A stretch of DNA of 64,000 nucleotides from a virus. Location of the stretch: positions 32,001-96,000 of IMG/VR virus record IMGVR_UViG_3300002026_002465. The stretch is one strand, 5' to 3'. Under the pieces are notes generated by a model, which saw only the letters and a list, made by a program, of their open reading frames with translations, was not told the DNA's origin and made no database searches. Numbering within the stretch: position 1 is the stretch's first letter; the number at the start of each line of letters is the position of its first letter. The position numbers and the translations under genes were made by a program. Below are positions 25,375 through 33,884 of this stretch, one piece after another.

Positions 25375-25772
25375 ACCATCCTCATATTTCCAAAACTATC
25401 AAATTGTAGAGCAAATATTCCATTTTTTTTACAATTCTCTAATTCCCATTTTGAAAAACTAGGTCCAGCAATTATACTTTTTACTTCTCTTGTTCTGTAT
25501 AATTGCTTTTGAATAAAATGAGAATATCTTTTTACTTGATCACAAACACCAATATCAATATTTACTTTTTTTAATTCTAAAACAAACATTGGATTCTCCA
25601 TTGGAATATTACTAACTTCAACTTCATAAACTAAATCTGCTCTTTTACTACCATCATCTGTTCTTATTGGAAATTCTATTCCATATAATCTTAGTTTATC
25701 TAAACCAAGAGTTTCTTTTAATTTATCATGCCAATCATTAATAAACTTGCTTTGTATTTCTTTTTCTAACAT
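25371..25772 (-). CDS. NucS-like PD-(D/E)xK endonuclease domain
   Basis: EKEIQ, EFP...RADL, VLELK, QVKRY, IIAGP. Confidence 0.7.
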   Translation of the reverse strand: MLEKEIQSKFINDWHDKLKETLGLDKLRLYGIEFPIRTDDGSKRADLVYEVEVSNIPMENPMFVLELKKVNIDIGVCDQVKRYSHFIQKQLYRTREVKSIIAGPSFSKWELENCKKNGIFALQFDSFGNMRMV

Positions 25773-25775
25773 TTT

Positions 25776-26153
25776 TTACTCCTTGTCATAAATATAACCT
25801 TGTAATGTTTCACCATTAGACAATTTCATTATATTTATTATTTTCTTTTTGTTATCAAAATATATTTCTATATAACCTAAATCATATCTATCATCATTTA
25901 ATGAAAATAAAAGTGGATAAGTAACTGCTAAATAAGTTCCTTCACTTAATTTGCCAATAATATCTAAATCAGATATTTTTACTCTTTTTTTGAATGCTGA
26001 TTTTATATCATTTTTTATATCTTGTTTTTCTTTATCAGATAAAACTGATATTTTATTAATGTCTCTATAGAAAAAACTTAATTCAGATAATTCTTTAGCA
26101 TATGAATTATCATCAAATACTCTTCTTATTAAATTATTCAGGCTCATATTCAA
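25776..26153 (-). CDS. Hypothetical protein
   Basis: ORF track. Confidence 0.6.
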   Translation of the reverse strand: MNMSLNNLIRRVFDDNSYAKELSELSFFYRDINKISVLSDKEKQDIKNDIKSAFKKRVKISDLDIIGKLSEGTYLAVTYPLLFSLNDDRYDLGYIEIYFDNKKKIINIMKLSNGETLQGYIYDKE

Positions 26154-26406
26154 ATACTCTCTTTATTAAAGTTCCTTGTGGATTTGTATAAACAGGAGCA
26201 ACTTCTACAATATCATCTGTATCAAAATTTGAACCAAGTCTCATCCAACCAATAGATGTACTAACTTCATCAGTATATAATACATCTATATATTCTCTAC
26301 CATTTGAATTATAACCAACTTCTCCAAACCAACATATAGTTCTATATAAAAAATCTGAATCATTAGAAAATGCTAATATTCTATTTGATAATTTATCAAA
26401 ATCCAC
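26134..26406 (-). CDS. Hypothetical protein
   Basis: ORF track, GTG start after GGGAG. Confidence 0.6.
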   Translation of the reverse strand: MDFDKLSNRILAFSNDSDFLYRTICWFGEVGYNSNGREYIDVLYTDEVSTSIGWMRLGSNFDTDDIVEVAPVYTNPQGTLIKRVFEYEPE

Positions 26407-26452
26407 ATTATCTCCCTTAGTAGTACTTATTTTTATAAGACTATATTTATAC

Positions 26453-26508
26453 GTTCACCTGGTGAACAGTAGAGTTCACCAAGAAAACAGCCTGTTCATC
26501 TGGTGAAC
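26453..26508. repeat. Palindrome array GTTCACC-T-GGTGAAC / GTTCACCA / GTTCATC-T-GGTGAAC
   Basis: Copies at 26453-26467, 26474-26481 (half) and 26494-26508. Confidence 0.85.
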
Positions 26509-27068
26509 ACATCCTTACTTTGTTCAATATTTTTAATATATTCATCAGTTATATTACCAGCTTGTAATTCTTTAGCAAAAACACATAAAGCTGTTGAATC
26601 AACAACATTGTCATTCATTCTCATATCAGGGAGTTTTTTTGTTCCATAATTTTTTAATATTGGAATATCATAACCTCTATCTATAGTTGCTTGGAGCATT
26701 TCTTCTTTCTTGGCATTACCCTTACCAAACCAATATTTTTTTAATGTAGTTGGTGGAATGATAATAAAATTAACACCTAATTCAACAAACTTGGCACGTA
26801 ATAAATGTGATAGTCCACCCATTGTCATAACTGATCTTCCCAGTGCACCAAAAGCAAGACCTTCTATTGCTATATAGTTTATCTTATGTTTATTTATTAA
26901 TTTTTCTATCTCTTTTGAAATATAAATAATTCTTCTTGTATTATCAATATCTGGAGCACAAGTTTCTTTTGTTCTTTCTGTTTCTATTAAATAATAATAA
27001 AAATTGTTTTCATCATAAATTGTAATGCCAGAACCAGTTAAGCTTTGATCAATCCCACAAATTTTCAT
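26496..27068 (-). CDS. RuvC-like Holliday junction resolvase (phage type)
   Basis: GIDQSLTGSG, IAIEG, PTTLKKYWFGKGNAKKEEM, NDNVVDS. Confidence 0.88.
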   Translation of the reverse strand: MKICGIDQSLTGSGITIYDENNFYYYLIETERTKETCAPDIDNTRRIIYISKEIEKLINKHKINYIAIEGLAFGALGRSVMTMGGLSHLLRAKFVELGVNFIIIPPTTLKKYWFGKGNAKKEEMLQATIDRGYDIPILKNYGTKKLPDMRMNDNVVDSTALCVFAKELQAGNITDEYIKNIEQSKDVFTR

Positions 27069-27092
27069 ATTTTCTCCTTTAATCTATATATT

Positions 27093-27113
27093 TATCTTTA
27101 TACTTCTAAGATA
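27093..27113. promoter_or_regulatory. Back-to-back AAGATA motifs at the divergent junction
   Basis: TATCTT 27093-27098 (minus-strand AAGATA before ruvC-like) and AAGATA 27108-27113 (before 27137). Confidence 0.45.
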
Positions 27114-27136
27114 ATAATAATGACAAGGGGAAAGAA

Positions 27137-27667
27137 ATGTACGATTCTAAACAAGAAGCTTGGAATGATTATGAAACAGAAGTTGAAAATGTATTTGATA
27201 TTGAAATTGATGATACTCCTTCATCAGATATAGTATATAATAATACAGAACCAAGAACAAAATACTATTATACAAATCAAAAAATTATGACAAGTGCTAT
27301 ACAAAAATCTATTAAAAGATTAAAAGAAATGATACAAGATGGGAAAAATGCAGAAGATCCTTCATCAACTATAGAAGAAAATTGGGAAAGCAATTTTAAT
27401 GATGTAAAAAGTGATTATCCTATATGGAAGGATTATATTTATAGTGATGATTATAATAGAGAGTATAATGTTCTTTCAGAAATATTTTGGAATGATTTTA
27501 ATAGAGAGTATGAAGATGAATTAAGTTATTTTGATGATTGGAGAGATTGGAATCAACTTGAAGGCCAAATAGAACAAATAATAGATGATATTAAAAATAT
27601 TCCAGATAAAATAAATAAAATAAAAATTGATATTGGTCGTTTAATAATATCAAGGTGTTTTCAATGA
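27137..27667 (+). CDS. Acidic hypothetical protein
   Basis: ORF track. Confidence 0.65.
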   Translation: MYDSKQEAWNDYETEVENVFDIEIDDTPSSDIVYNNTEPRTKYYYTNQKIMTSAIQKSIKRLKEMIQDGKNAEDPSSTIEENWESNFNDVKSDYPIWKDYIYSDDYNREYNVLSEIFWNDFNREYEDELSYFDDWRDWNQLEGQIEQIIDDIKNIPDKINKIKIDIGRLIISRCFQ

Positions 27668-27927
27668 AAAAATCTAAATATTACTTGAATAAATGTTTTC
27701 AAGTTAGTCTTGAAACTCATATATTATCTATTATTTATTTTTATAAAGAAACTGAACATGATTTAATTTCTTTTACTATTAATTTTGGAAATAATAGAAT
27801 ATATACACAAGATTTGTGGCCAAAAACACTAAGCTTTGATCACTTAACAATGAAAGATATTCAACATTTGTTTATTACAAGCATATTTACTGGGTCTTTT
27901 AAAATAGATACAGAAATGAAATTATAA
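27655..27927 (+). CDS. Small orphan, C-terminal IF-motif family
   Basis: ...QHLFITSIFTG. Confidence 0.55.
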   Translation: MFSMKKSKYYLNKCFQVSLETHILSIIYFYKETEHDLISFTINFGNNRIYTQDLWPKTLSFDHLTMKDIQHLFITSIFTGSFKIDTEMKL

Positions 27928-27942
27928 AGGCATATATAGTAT

Positions 27943-28632
27943 ATGATGAAAAGATATTCAGCTTCTGGTATTAAGACATATGAATCATGTAAATTAAAGT
28001 ATCATTTACATTACAACAAAGAAATAAAAATAGATAAAATTATTAGTGCTGACACTTCTTTTGGATTAGTAATTCATGAGATTGCAGAAAACTATACTGG
28101 TAAAAATTATCCTGAGTTATTAGAGATTGTTAATAAATACAAGAATGATTTAGATAAAGAGTTTAAAAATATTCTCCCTACAACTATAGATAACATGTTT
28201 AATTGGTTAAGGAAATACTCCAAGTTTGAATCTAAAAACGAACAAGAGTTAGAATTAAAAACAGATGATTATTGGATATATGGTTTGGCAGATAAAATAT
28301 TTGAAAAAAATAAAATGTTTGTTGATTATAAAACTGCTAAAAGTAATTTCAGAGAGAATCATCTTTTCCAAATGCAATTATATAATTTAATACTTTCTAA
28401 AAAATGGAATTGTGATCCAAGTAAAATTAAGTGTATAATATATTATCCAAGAATAAATGAAGAAGATAAGATATTATTTAATAATACTCAAATAGAGATA
28501 TTTGAAAAATCACTCAAGAAAACAATTCTTGATATAGAAACGAATACAAAATGGCTTCCAACTAAGGGATATCATTGTAGATGGTGTGAGTATAAAGAAT
28601 CAGGACATTGTCCAATACAGGAGAAAAAATGA
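27943..28632 (+). CDS. RecB/AddB-like PD-(D/E)xK exonuclease with probable 4Fe-4S cysteines
   Basis: YSAS..YESCKLKY, GLVIHEIAE, GLADKI, VDYKT, QMQLY, CRWCEY..HCP. Confidence 0.88.
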   Translation: MMKRYSASGIKTYESCKLKYHLHYNKEIKIDKIISADTSFGLVIHEIAENYTGKNYPELLEIVNKYKNDLDKEFKNILPTTIDNMFNWLRKYSKFESKNEQELELKTDDYWIYGLADKIFEKNKMFVDYKTAKSNFRENHLFQMQLYNLILSKKWNCDPSKIKCIIYYPRINEEDKILFNNTQIEIFEKSLKKTILDIETNTKWLPTKGYHCRWCEYKESGHCPIQEKK

Positions 28633-28868
28633 GTAAAGAAAAACTTATACTACAAGGTGAAGATCCTATTCTTGTAGAAAAATGGGCTGCTTATTTAGCA
28701 CTTTGGCCAAGTAAAATTAAATGTCAAGAACTTGCCTTAAAAAGTGGATATAAAGATGTAAGATTCTATAATCCAAAGACAGCTATAACCATATCTCCAT
28801 ATCAAAAAGATAGACTGACAATTTATTATAATGACAAGAATAAAATATACAAGATTATTGAGGGGTAA
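28608..28868 (+). CDS. Hypothetical protein
   Basis: ORF track. Confidence 0.55.
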   Translation: MSNTGEKMSKEKLILQGEDPILVEKWAAYLALWPSKIKCQELALKSGYKDVRFYNPKTAITISPYQKDRLTIYYNDKNKIYKIIEG

Positions 28869-28870
28869 AT

Positions 28871-29557
28871 ATGATAAAAAATCCAAAAGCATTAATGACT
28901 TTGGTAAGAAATAAATTAAATGTTGATCAACCTTTAGAAGAGAGAATGAAGTGGTTTCATGAAAAGGGAATAACTGTTATTGAAAAAGATGGTAGATATT
29001 ATTTAAAGGCAGATCCAAGAGGTCATCATTCTGAGTTATCAGACGTTTGTAATAATGTGATATTTCATAATCAATATTTATGTGCATTTCCAGGATGGAT
29101 AGAACAAGAAACATCATGGACAGATTTAAAAAAGAATGAAAAATTTGTATTAGATGATAACACTATTTTTACAAAACCATTAGATGAAGGTCATACTATA
29201 TACATGTATTGGGATGAAGTTGATATTGAATGGAAGTTTTCATCTACTAAAAAACTAGAATCACCATACGCTGTAATTGTAAAAAATATGGTTAAAAACA
29301 TTATGGCAGGTGAATATTGTTATACTTATAACTTAAGACTTATAGAAAGTGGAGATAATAAAGGATTGTATCTTGAAAGTCTTTTTAATCATAAAACATT
29401 CAAAGAAGAATCTTTACAAAGACTTGTTCAATTTGCTACAAGATTTGAAATAAAACACACTGATTTATTTGTTATAAAAAACAATCTTGAAAAAGAAGAT
29501 TTGCCATTAATAGTGAGAGATGTTTCAGGAAATAAGTATAAAATTACTAGTTTATAA
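28871..29557 (+). CDS. Possible divergent Rnl1-like RNA ligase fold
   Basis: Order YYLK..SDVCNNVIF..LCAFP..KPLDEGHTIYMYW..WKFSS mirrors Rnl1 N-terminus, but KxDG motif is atypical. Confidence 0.35.
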   Translation: MIKNPKALMTLVRNKLNVDQPLEERMKWFHEKGITVIEKDGRYYLKADPRGHHSELSDVCNNVIFHNQYLCAFPGWIEQETSWTDLKKNEKFVLDDNTIFTKPLDEGHTIYMYWDEVDIEWKFSSTKKLESPYAVIVKNMVKNIMAGEYCYTYNLRLIESGDNKGLYLESLFNHKTFKEESLQRLVQFATRFEIKHTDLFVIKNNLEKEDLPLIVRDVSGNKYKITSL

Positions 29558-29568
29558 CAAGATATATT

Positions 29569-30300
29569 ATGAAATTTGAAGAAATAAAAAACCTTAACAC
29601 CCCTAATAAAACATACTCTAAAAAAGAGATTAAAAAATCTAATAAAATTAGTGATATAAAACTTATTAATAGACATGGAAGCCTTGCAATTATATTAATG
29701 AATCCGCATACAAATGGATCCTTGAGAGATTTATCTGTTATTGTAAATGATGGAGAGATAAATTGCTCATGGGTGGTTAGAATAACATTTAATAATAATG
29801 AATGGTTATTGTCATTAGCACCATATAGTAATATTGAAAAATCAAATATAGAAATAAATGTCTTTCAAACAATATTAGACAAGTTTGAAAACTATAATAT
29901 AACTGGAAACCTTCACACAGCTTTTTTGAAATCAAAAAACAAAAAAGAAATAGAAGAAGTTACCAATTATATTATATCAATTTTTTCAAAAATACAAATA
30001 AAAGGCATTGAAAATTTTGAAATAAATAAAAAATATCAAACAGAAAACACTACAAGTGAATATAAAATTATACATGAGTTTGTTGAACTTCAAGGTGATA
30101 AATCCAAACTTAAAAATATAGAATTAATTAAGATAATATTAGAAAACTCTCCTACAGATAAAGAAAAGGAAGATATTCTTTATCTATTAACAAGAATAAA
30201 TGAAAACAAATCTATAGACGTAGATCTATTAAACTCTCTAAGCACAAAATACTGCACAAGCAAGCAAAGACTCCAAATAGCAATTAAATTTATGGCTTAA
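29569..30300 (+). CDS. Hypothetical protein
   Basis: 243-aa ORF after AAGATA motif. Confidence 0.65.
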   Translation: MKFEEIKNLNTPNKTYSKKEIKKSNKISDIKLINRHGSLAIILMNPHTNGSLRDLSVIVNDGEINCSWVVRITFNNNEWLLSLAPYSNIEKSNIEINVFQTILDKFENYNITGNLHTAFLKSKNKKEIEEVTNYIISIFSKIQIKGIENFEINKKYQTENTTSEYKIIHEFVELQGDKSKLKNIELIKIILENSPTDKEKEDILYLLTRINENKSIDVDLLNSLSTKYCTSKQRLQIAIKFMA

Positions 30301-30364
30301 TGAATATTTCTCTAAAATAACATAAGATAATTAATATAGTTATATGTGTTATTGGGGGTTAAAT

Positions 30365-30790
30365 ATGGATGGGCAATTTGTGAATTTGATTAATTTTGGG
30401 GCCGAGTTACATAAAAATGTAGTTGAAGAAATAGAAAAAGAACATAATATTAAAGTAGAACAAATAAATGTTCCTGCTTCTTTAAATCTCAAGAAATATT
30501 CTACATATATTCAAGTGCATGATTTAGTAGAAAATAATAAAGATTTATTCTTTCAAAAAGATTTCTTTATTTTAAATCTTCCAGGTCTTCCAATATTCAG
30601 TGCATTCCTTGTTACAGAAATACATGCATTAACTGGAAAATTTCCAATTTTAGTGGAATGTTTAAAAGATTATAGCAATGATGGTATTTTTAGTCATTAT
30701 AAGTTTAAAAGATTATATGATTTAGAAAGAGAAAGGGTTCAATCAAGAGAAAAATATAAACAAAATGTTCGTTCTGAGGATAAAGAATAA
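30365..30790 (+). CDS. Csx15-like protein (candidate cA4 ring nuclease/sponge); ORF track start 30344
   Basis: LINF..INVP..QV..LV..ILNLPGL..LVTEIHALTGKFP..YDLERERVQSRE follows the Csx15 motif order; SD GGGGG before ATG 30365. Confidence 0.65.
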   Translation: MDGQFVNLINFGAELHKNVVEEIEKEHNIKVEQINVPASLNLKKYSTYIQVHDLVENNKDLFFQKDFFILNLPGLPIFSAFLVTEIHALTGKFPILVECLKDYSNDGIFSHYKFKRLYDLERERVQSREKYKQNVRSEDKE

Positions 30791-31054
30791 ATGAAAAGCG
30801 TTGAAGATTTTTTTAATATTATAAATGAAAAGCTTTGGAGAGACAATATTTCTTCTGAAGCTGAGGCTCATTTTGATAAAATGATTGAAGAACTCATTGA
30901 AAATAAACAAGAAATAATAAATGAAGTTGTTCAAGATATTAAAAGAATTGAATCAATAAAAGTTAAAGAAAGTGAAAGCTTTGAATATTCTACTTTTAAA
31001 AAATGGTTAGATAAATATATTGTAGAAAATATGCAAAACTTTCTGGAGAACTAA
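30791..31054 (+). CDS. Hypothetical protein
   Basis: ORF track, coupled. Confidence 0.6.
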   Translation: MKSVEDFFNIINEKLWRDNISSEAEAHFDKMIEELIENKQEIINEVVQDIKRIESIKVKESESFEYSTFKKWLDKYIVENMQNFLEN

Positions 31055-31840
31055 ATGGATTTATCAGCCCTTGTAACACAACTCCTACCTACAACACAAA
31101 ATAAACAAACTATTCAAGATCTCCTCCCTACGCAACAAACCAATAGATCATATCCAGATACAAAACCTATTCAACAAACAAAACTAAATATAACTGCAAG
31201 TTTATTCTCTGCATGTGAAAGAAATGGAGAATGGATATTGTGGTATAATTTAGAATGGCCTGGATTTATGCCATTAAATCAAAGACAAGCAACGGAACAA
31301 CAATTAAGGAATTTTTATGATTATTTCGTTGAATTAAAATCATATCCTGGCGAAGAGAAATACTATAAATTAAAAAGTATTGATAAAAAAGATATGAAAA
31401 TTATATTTGATGCTGATTTGTGGATAAGAGAAAACCTTTTAGGTGTTAAACAAACATTCTCTCCTCCACTTTCATTATTGTATAAATCAAGAAAAACACT
31501 ACCAACACTAGCTTATATAACTGCAGGAACTGGGGAATTAAGCAAGTTCTTGTGTGATAGATTTCAAACTTATTTAAAGAATAAATCTCAATTATTAAAA
31601 CATAGAGAATTTGGATTCTTGAAAAAAGTTGGAATTGAATTATTTGACTACTCTTTTTCATTTAGAGATATGACATATAGAGCTACATTAAAATTTTCTG
31701 TTATTCTTGCATCACTTGCAGCTTATATGATATGGAAATATCAAAAAGACCTTAGTAAAAAAGAAATAGACTCCCTCCAAAAAAAGGCTTCTAATATGAA
31801 AGATGTCAAAGGCCTTGATAAATATATAAAGAGGTTGTAA
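31055..31840 (+). CDS. Hypothetical protein with C-terminal hydrophobic segment
   Basis: 261-aa ORF; FSVILASLAAYMIW. Confidence 0.65.
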   Translation: MDLSALVTQLLPTTQNKQTIQDLLPTQQTNRSYPDTKPIQQTKLNITASLFSACERNGEWILWYNLEWPGFMPLNQRQATEQQLRNFYDYFVELKSYPGEEKYYKLKSIDKKDMKIIFDADLWIRENLLGVKQTFSPPLSLLYKSRKTLPTLAYITAGTGELSKFLCDRFQTYLKNKSQLLKHREFGFLKKVGIELFDYSFSFRDMTYRATLKFSVILASLAAYMIWKYQKDLSKKEIDSLQKKASNMKDVKGLDKYIKRL

Positions 31841-32166
31841 TGTTATCACTTACTTTTGATGGAAAAATAATTTTTAATAAAAAAAGAATAGCTAACAAAG
31901 AGTTGGCTGATATTCTTGGAAAGTTTTTAATGGAATTTATTCCAAGATATATTACAACAAATGGAAATAGTTTGCCTGAATATATTAAGATAGTAAAAGA
32001 TGAAGATGGATCAATATGTTCAAAAGTTAAATATGAAAATTCTTATGGAAGAAATGGTGTATCAACAGATTATCTTGATAATTATTCAGAAGATATATTT
32101 ATTGAAAATATTTTAATGTATATATTTGAAAATAAAATAAAATTAAAACCAATAGGACATTTTTAA
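31840..32166 (+). CDS. Small orphan, C-terminal IF-motif family
   Basis: ...ENILMYIFEN. Confidence 0.6.
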   Translation: MLSLTFDGKIIFNKKRIANKELADILGKFLMEFIPRYITTNGNSLPEYIKIVKDEDGSICSKVKYENSYGRNGVSTDYLDNYSEDIFIENILMYIFENKIKLKPIGHF

Positions 32167-32178
32167 AGGAGACACAAA

Positions 32179-32712
32179 CTGGCTTTTGAAAAAATAACAT
32201 ATAGGAAGAGGTTTACACCTAATGTAAAGAAAACTAATTTACAGTTACAACAATCAGCTAAAATGAAGAAAAAGTATTATACTGAAAATTGGGATGATAT
32301 AAGAAGAAAGGTGTATCAAAGAGATGGTTATAGATGCGTTCTTTGTGGTCATAAAGGAAAACTAGCAGCCCACCATATAGTGCCTGTAAAAGTAAGCAAA
32401 GATAATTCTTTATCAAATCTTGTTTCTGTTTGTGCAAAGTGTCATAGAAAATTAGAGTCAGTTGGATTAAAAATATTACAAGAAGGCGGATCAAGATCAG
32501 ATGTTAGAAGAATAGAACTAACAATGATAATGGAAAATAAAAAAGAGAGGATGCAAAAGTATCTAGATAGGAGTAAAAATGACACCAGTAGAAAAGAAAC
32601 TGATGGCGGCAATAGTAATGGGGTTGGAACAGAACCAGAAGTTATTAGTGAAGGTAAAAGCAATGGAGGATACTTTGGAGACTGTAGCAGAGAGTGTGAA
32701 TACTCTTATTGA
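32179..32712 (+). CDS. HNH endonuclease; probable CTG start at 32179 (ORF track 32263)
   Basis: W..IRRKVYQRDGYRCVLCG, HHIVP, NLVSVCAKCH; AAGGAG 7 nt before in-frame CTG. Confidence 0.8.
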   Translation: MAFEKITYRKRFTPNVKKTNLQLQQSAKMKKKYYTENWDDIRRKVYQRDGYRCVLCGHKGKLAAHHIVPVKVSKDNSLSNLVSVCAKCHRKLESVGLKILQEGGSRSDVRRIELTMIMENKKERMQKYLDRSKNDTSRKETDGGNSNGVGTEPEVISEGKSNGGYFGDCSRECEYSY

Positions 32713-32743
32713 AATAGAAGCTCAAAGAATAAAAAAAGGGTAA
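32579..32743 (+). CDS. Small coiled-coil protein (54 aa) overlapping HNH tail
   Basis: Own translation MTPVEKKLMAAIVMGLEQNQK...QRIKKG*, SD AGGAG. Confidence 0.55.
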   Translation: MTPVEKKLMAAIVMGLEQNQKLLVKVKAMEDTLETVAESVNTLIEIEAQRIKKG

Positions 32744-32744
32744 T

Positions 32745-33023
32745 ATGAATTTATATTTAAAAGATGGAACTATAAATTATGATGATTCATTTCAAGAAAT
32801 AACAGCTCCATTATTATTTTGTTCAAATAGTGTTGATAAAGATCAAATGGATGGCTGGGTGTATTCATTTACTGACAATATAATAGTAGCTGAAACTGGG
32901 TTTAGCTATGATTCAATGATAAATGCAGGATGGACTAATGGCAGTGAATTACCAAAAAATGAAAAACAAGAACTAATAATTAATATATTTGAACAAATTC
33001 CAAGAATGAAAGTTTATAAATAA
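32745..33023 (+). CDS. Small orphan, C-terminal IF-motif family
   Basis: ...KQELIINIFEQ. Confidence 0.6.
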   Translation: MNLYLKDGTINYDDSFQEITAPLLFCSNSVDKDQMDGWVYSFTDNIIVAETGFSYDSMINAGWTNGSELPKNEKQELIINIFEQIPRMKVYK

Positions 33024-33045
33024 TTGGATAAACAAGGAGACTATA

Positions 33046-33270
33046 ATGGAAGACAAAGAACTAAAAGGCAAAACAAACACCTTTAATAAAATTCAAACTC
33101 AAGAATATCCAACTGATTATTATACTGGCGATGTGTATAATGCTCCTGGATGTGAGGATTTTGCAAGTGCGGTTAAAAATCTTGATCAAAGTGAATTAGC
33201 AAAATTAAATAAAAAATTACAAACAGAACTTGAAAAAGGTCTTAATCCAAAATTTGCAATTAAAAAATAA
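33046..33270 (+). CDS. Hypothetical protein
   Basis: SD AAGGAG. Confidence 0.6.
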   Translation: MEDKELKGKTNTFNKIQTQEYPTDYYTGDVYNAPGCEDFASAVKNLDQSELAKLNKKLQTELEKGLNPKFAIKK

Positions 33271-33884
33271 TGGCCAATGTTTTATTCCAAAAACTTTCAC
33301 AGATATTACAAAAAAATTATGGGCCTAATTCAAATGTAATACCATTTGGAATAGGAAGAGTATATTCATGTGCATATAGAAACTGGCATCATGATCCTAA
33401 ACCTTTATTGTTTATTATAGGATCTGATGCCTTTTATACTGTTGGAATAAACATACATTATGTTGGTCTCTATGGTTCTGCTTTAATAAACTTTATTAAT
33501 AATTCTAGAAAAGCTAATGTTGTTTTTACTTCTCATACAATATATCAAGTTTTAAAAACACAATATCCTATGATACCTAAAATAGCTTATAGAAAATATT
33601 TTACATCAATGTTAAGAGGTGTAAAAGTATCAGAAGGATTAAGTCAAATACAAGAACCTGTAAATACAGTAGTAGCTTTAAGAGAAAATTGGGTAAGACA
33701 ATTAAATAACGTCATTAGACCAAAAGTTTTTTCATATAATAAAGTTCAATATAATCCTCTAGAAGCTCAAAAAATAGCATCACAAACAATTCAAATACAA
33801 TATCGTCAAGATTCGCAAAAACCATATCAAAATCAGAAAGGTATATCTGTGCAATATAACCCTCAGGAGAATATTAATGGATGA
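33270..33884 (+). CDS. T4 gp2-like DNA end protector
   Basis: HDPKPLLFII..GINIHY..AYRKY pattern resembling gp2 family. Confidence 0.5.
   Translation: MANVLFQKLSQILQKNYGPNSNVIPFGIGRVYSCAYRNWHHDPKPLLFIIGSDAFYTVGINIHYVGLYGSALINFINNSRKANVVFTSHTIYQVLKTQYPMIPKIAYRKYFTSMLRGVKVSEGLSQIQEPVNTVVALRENWVRQLNNVIRPKVFSYNKVQYNPLEAQKIASQTIQIQYRQDSQKPYQNQKGISVQYNPQENING

Noticed and set aside
26453-26508. CRISPR mini-array
   Set aside because: Units are 15 bp or less with 6-12 nt gaps; no spacer-sized unique sequences
27943-28632. Cas4 of a CRISPR locus
   Set aside because: Stand-alone RecB/Cas4-like nucleases are common in phages; no cas1/2 or array nearby
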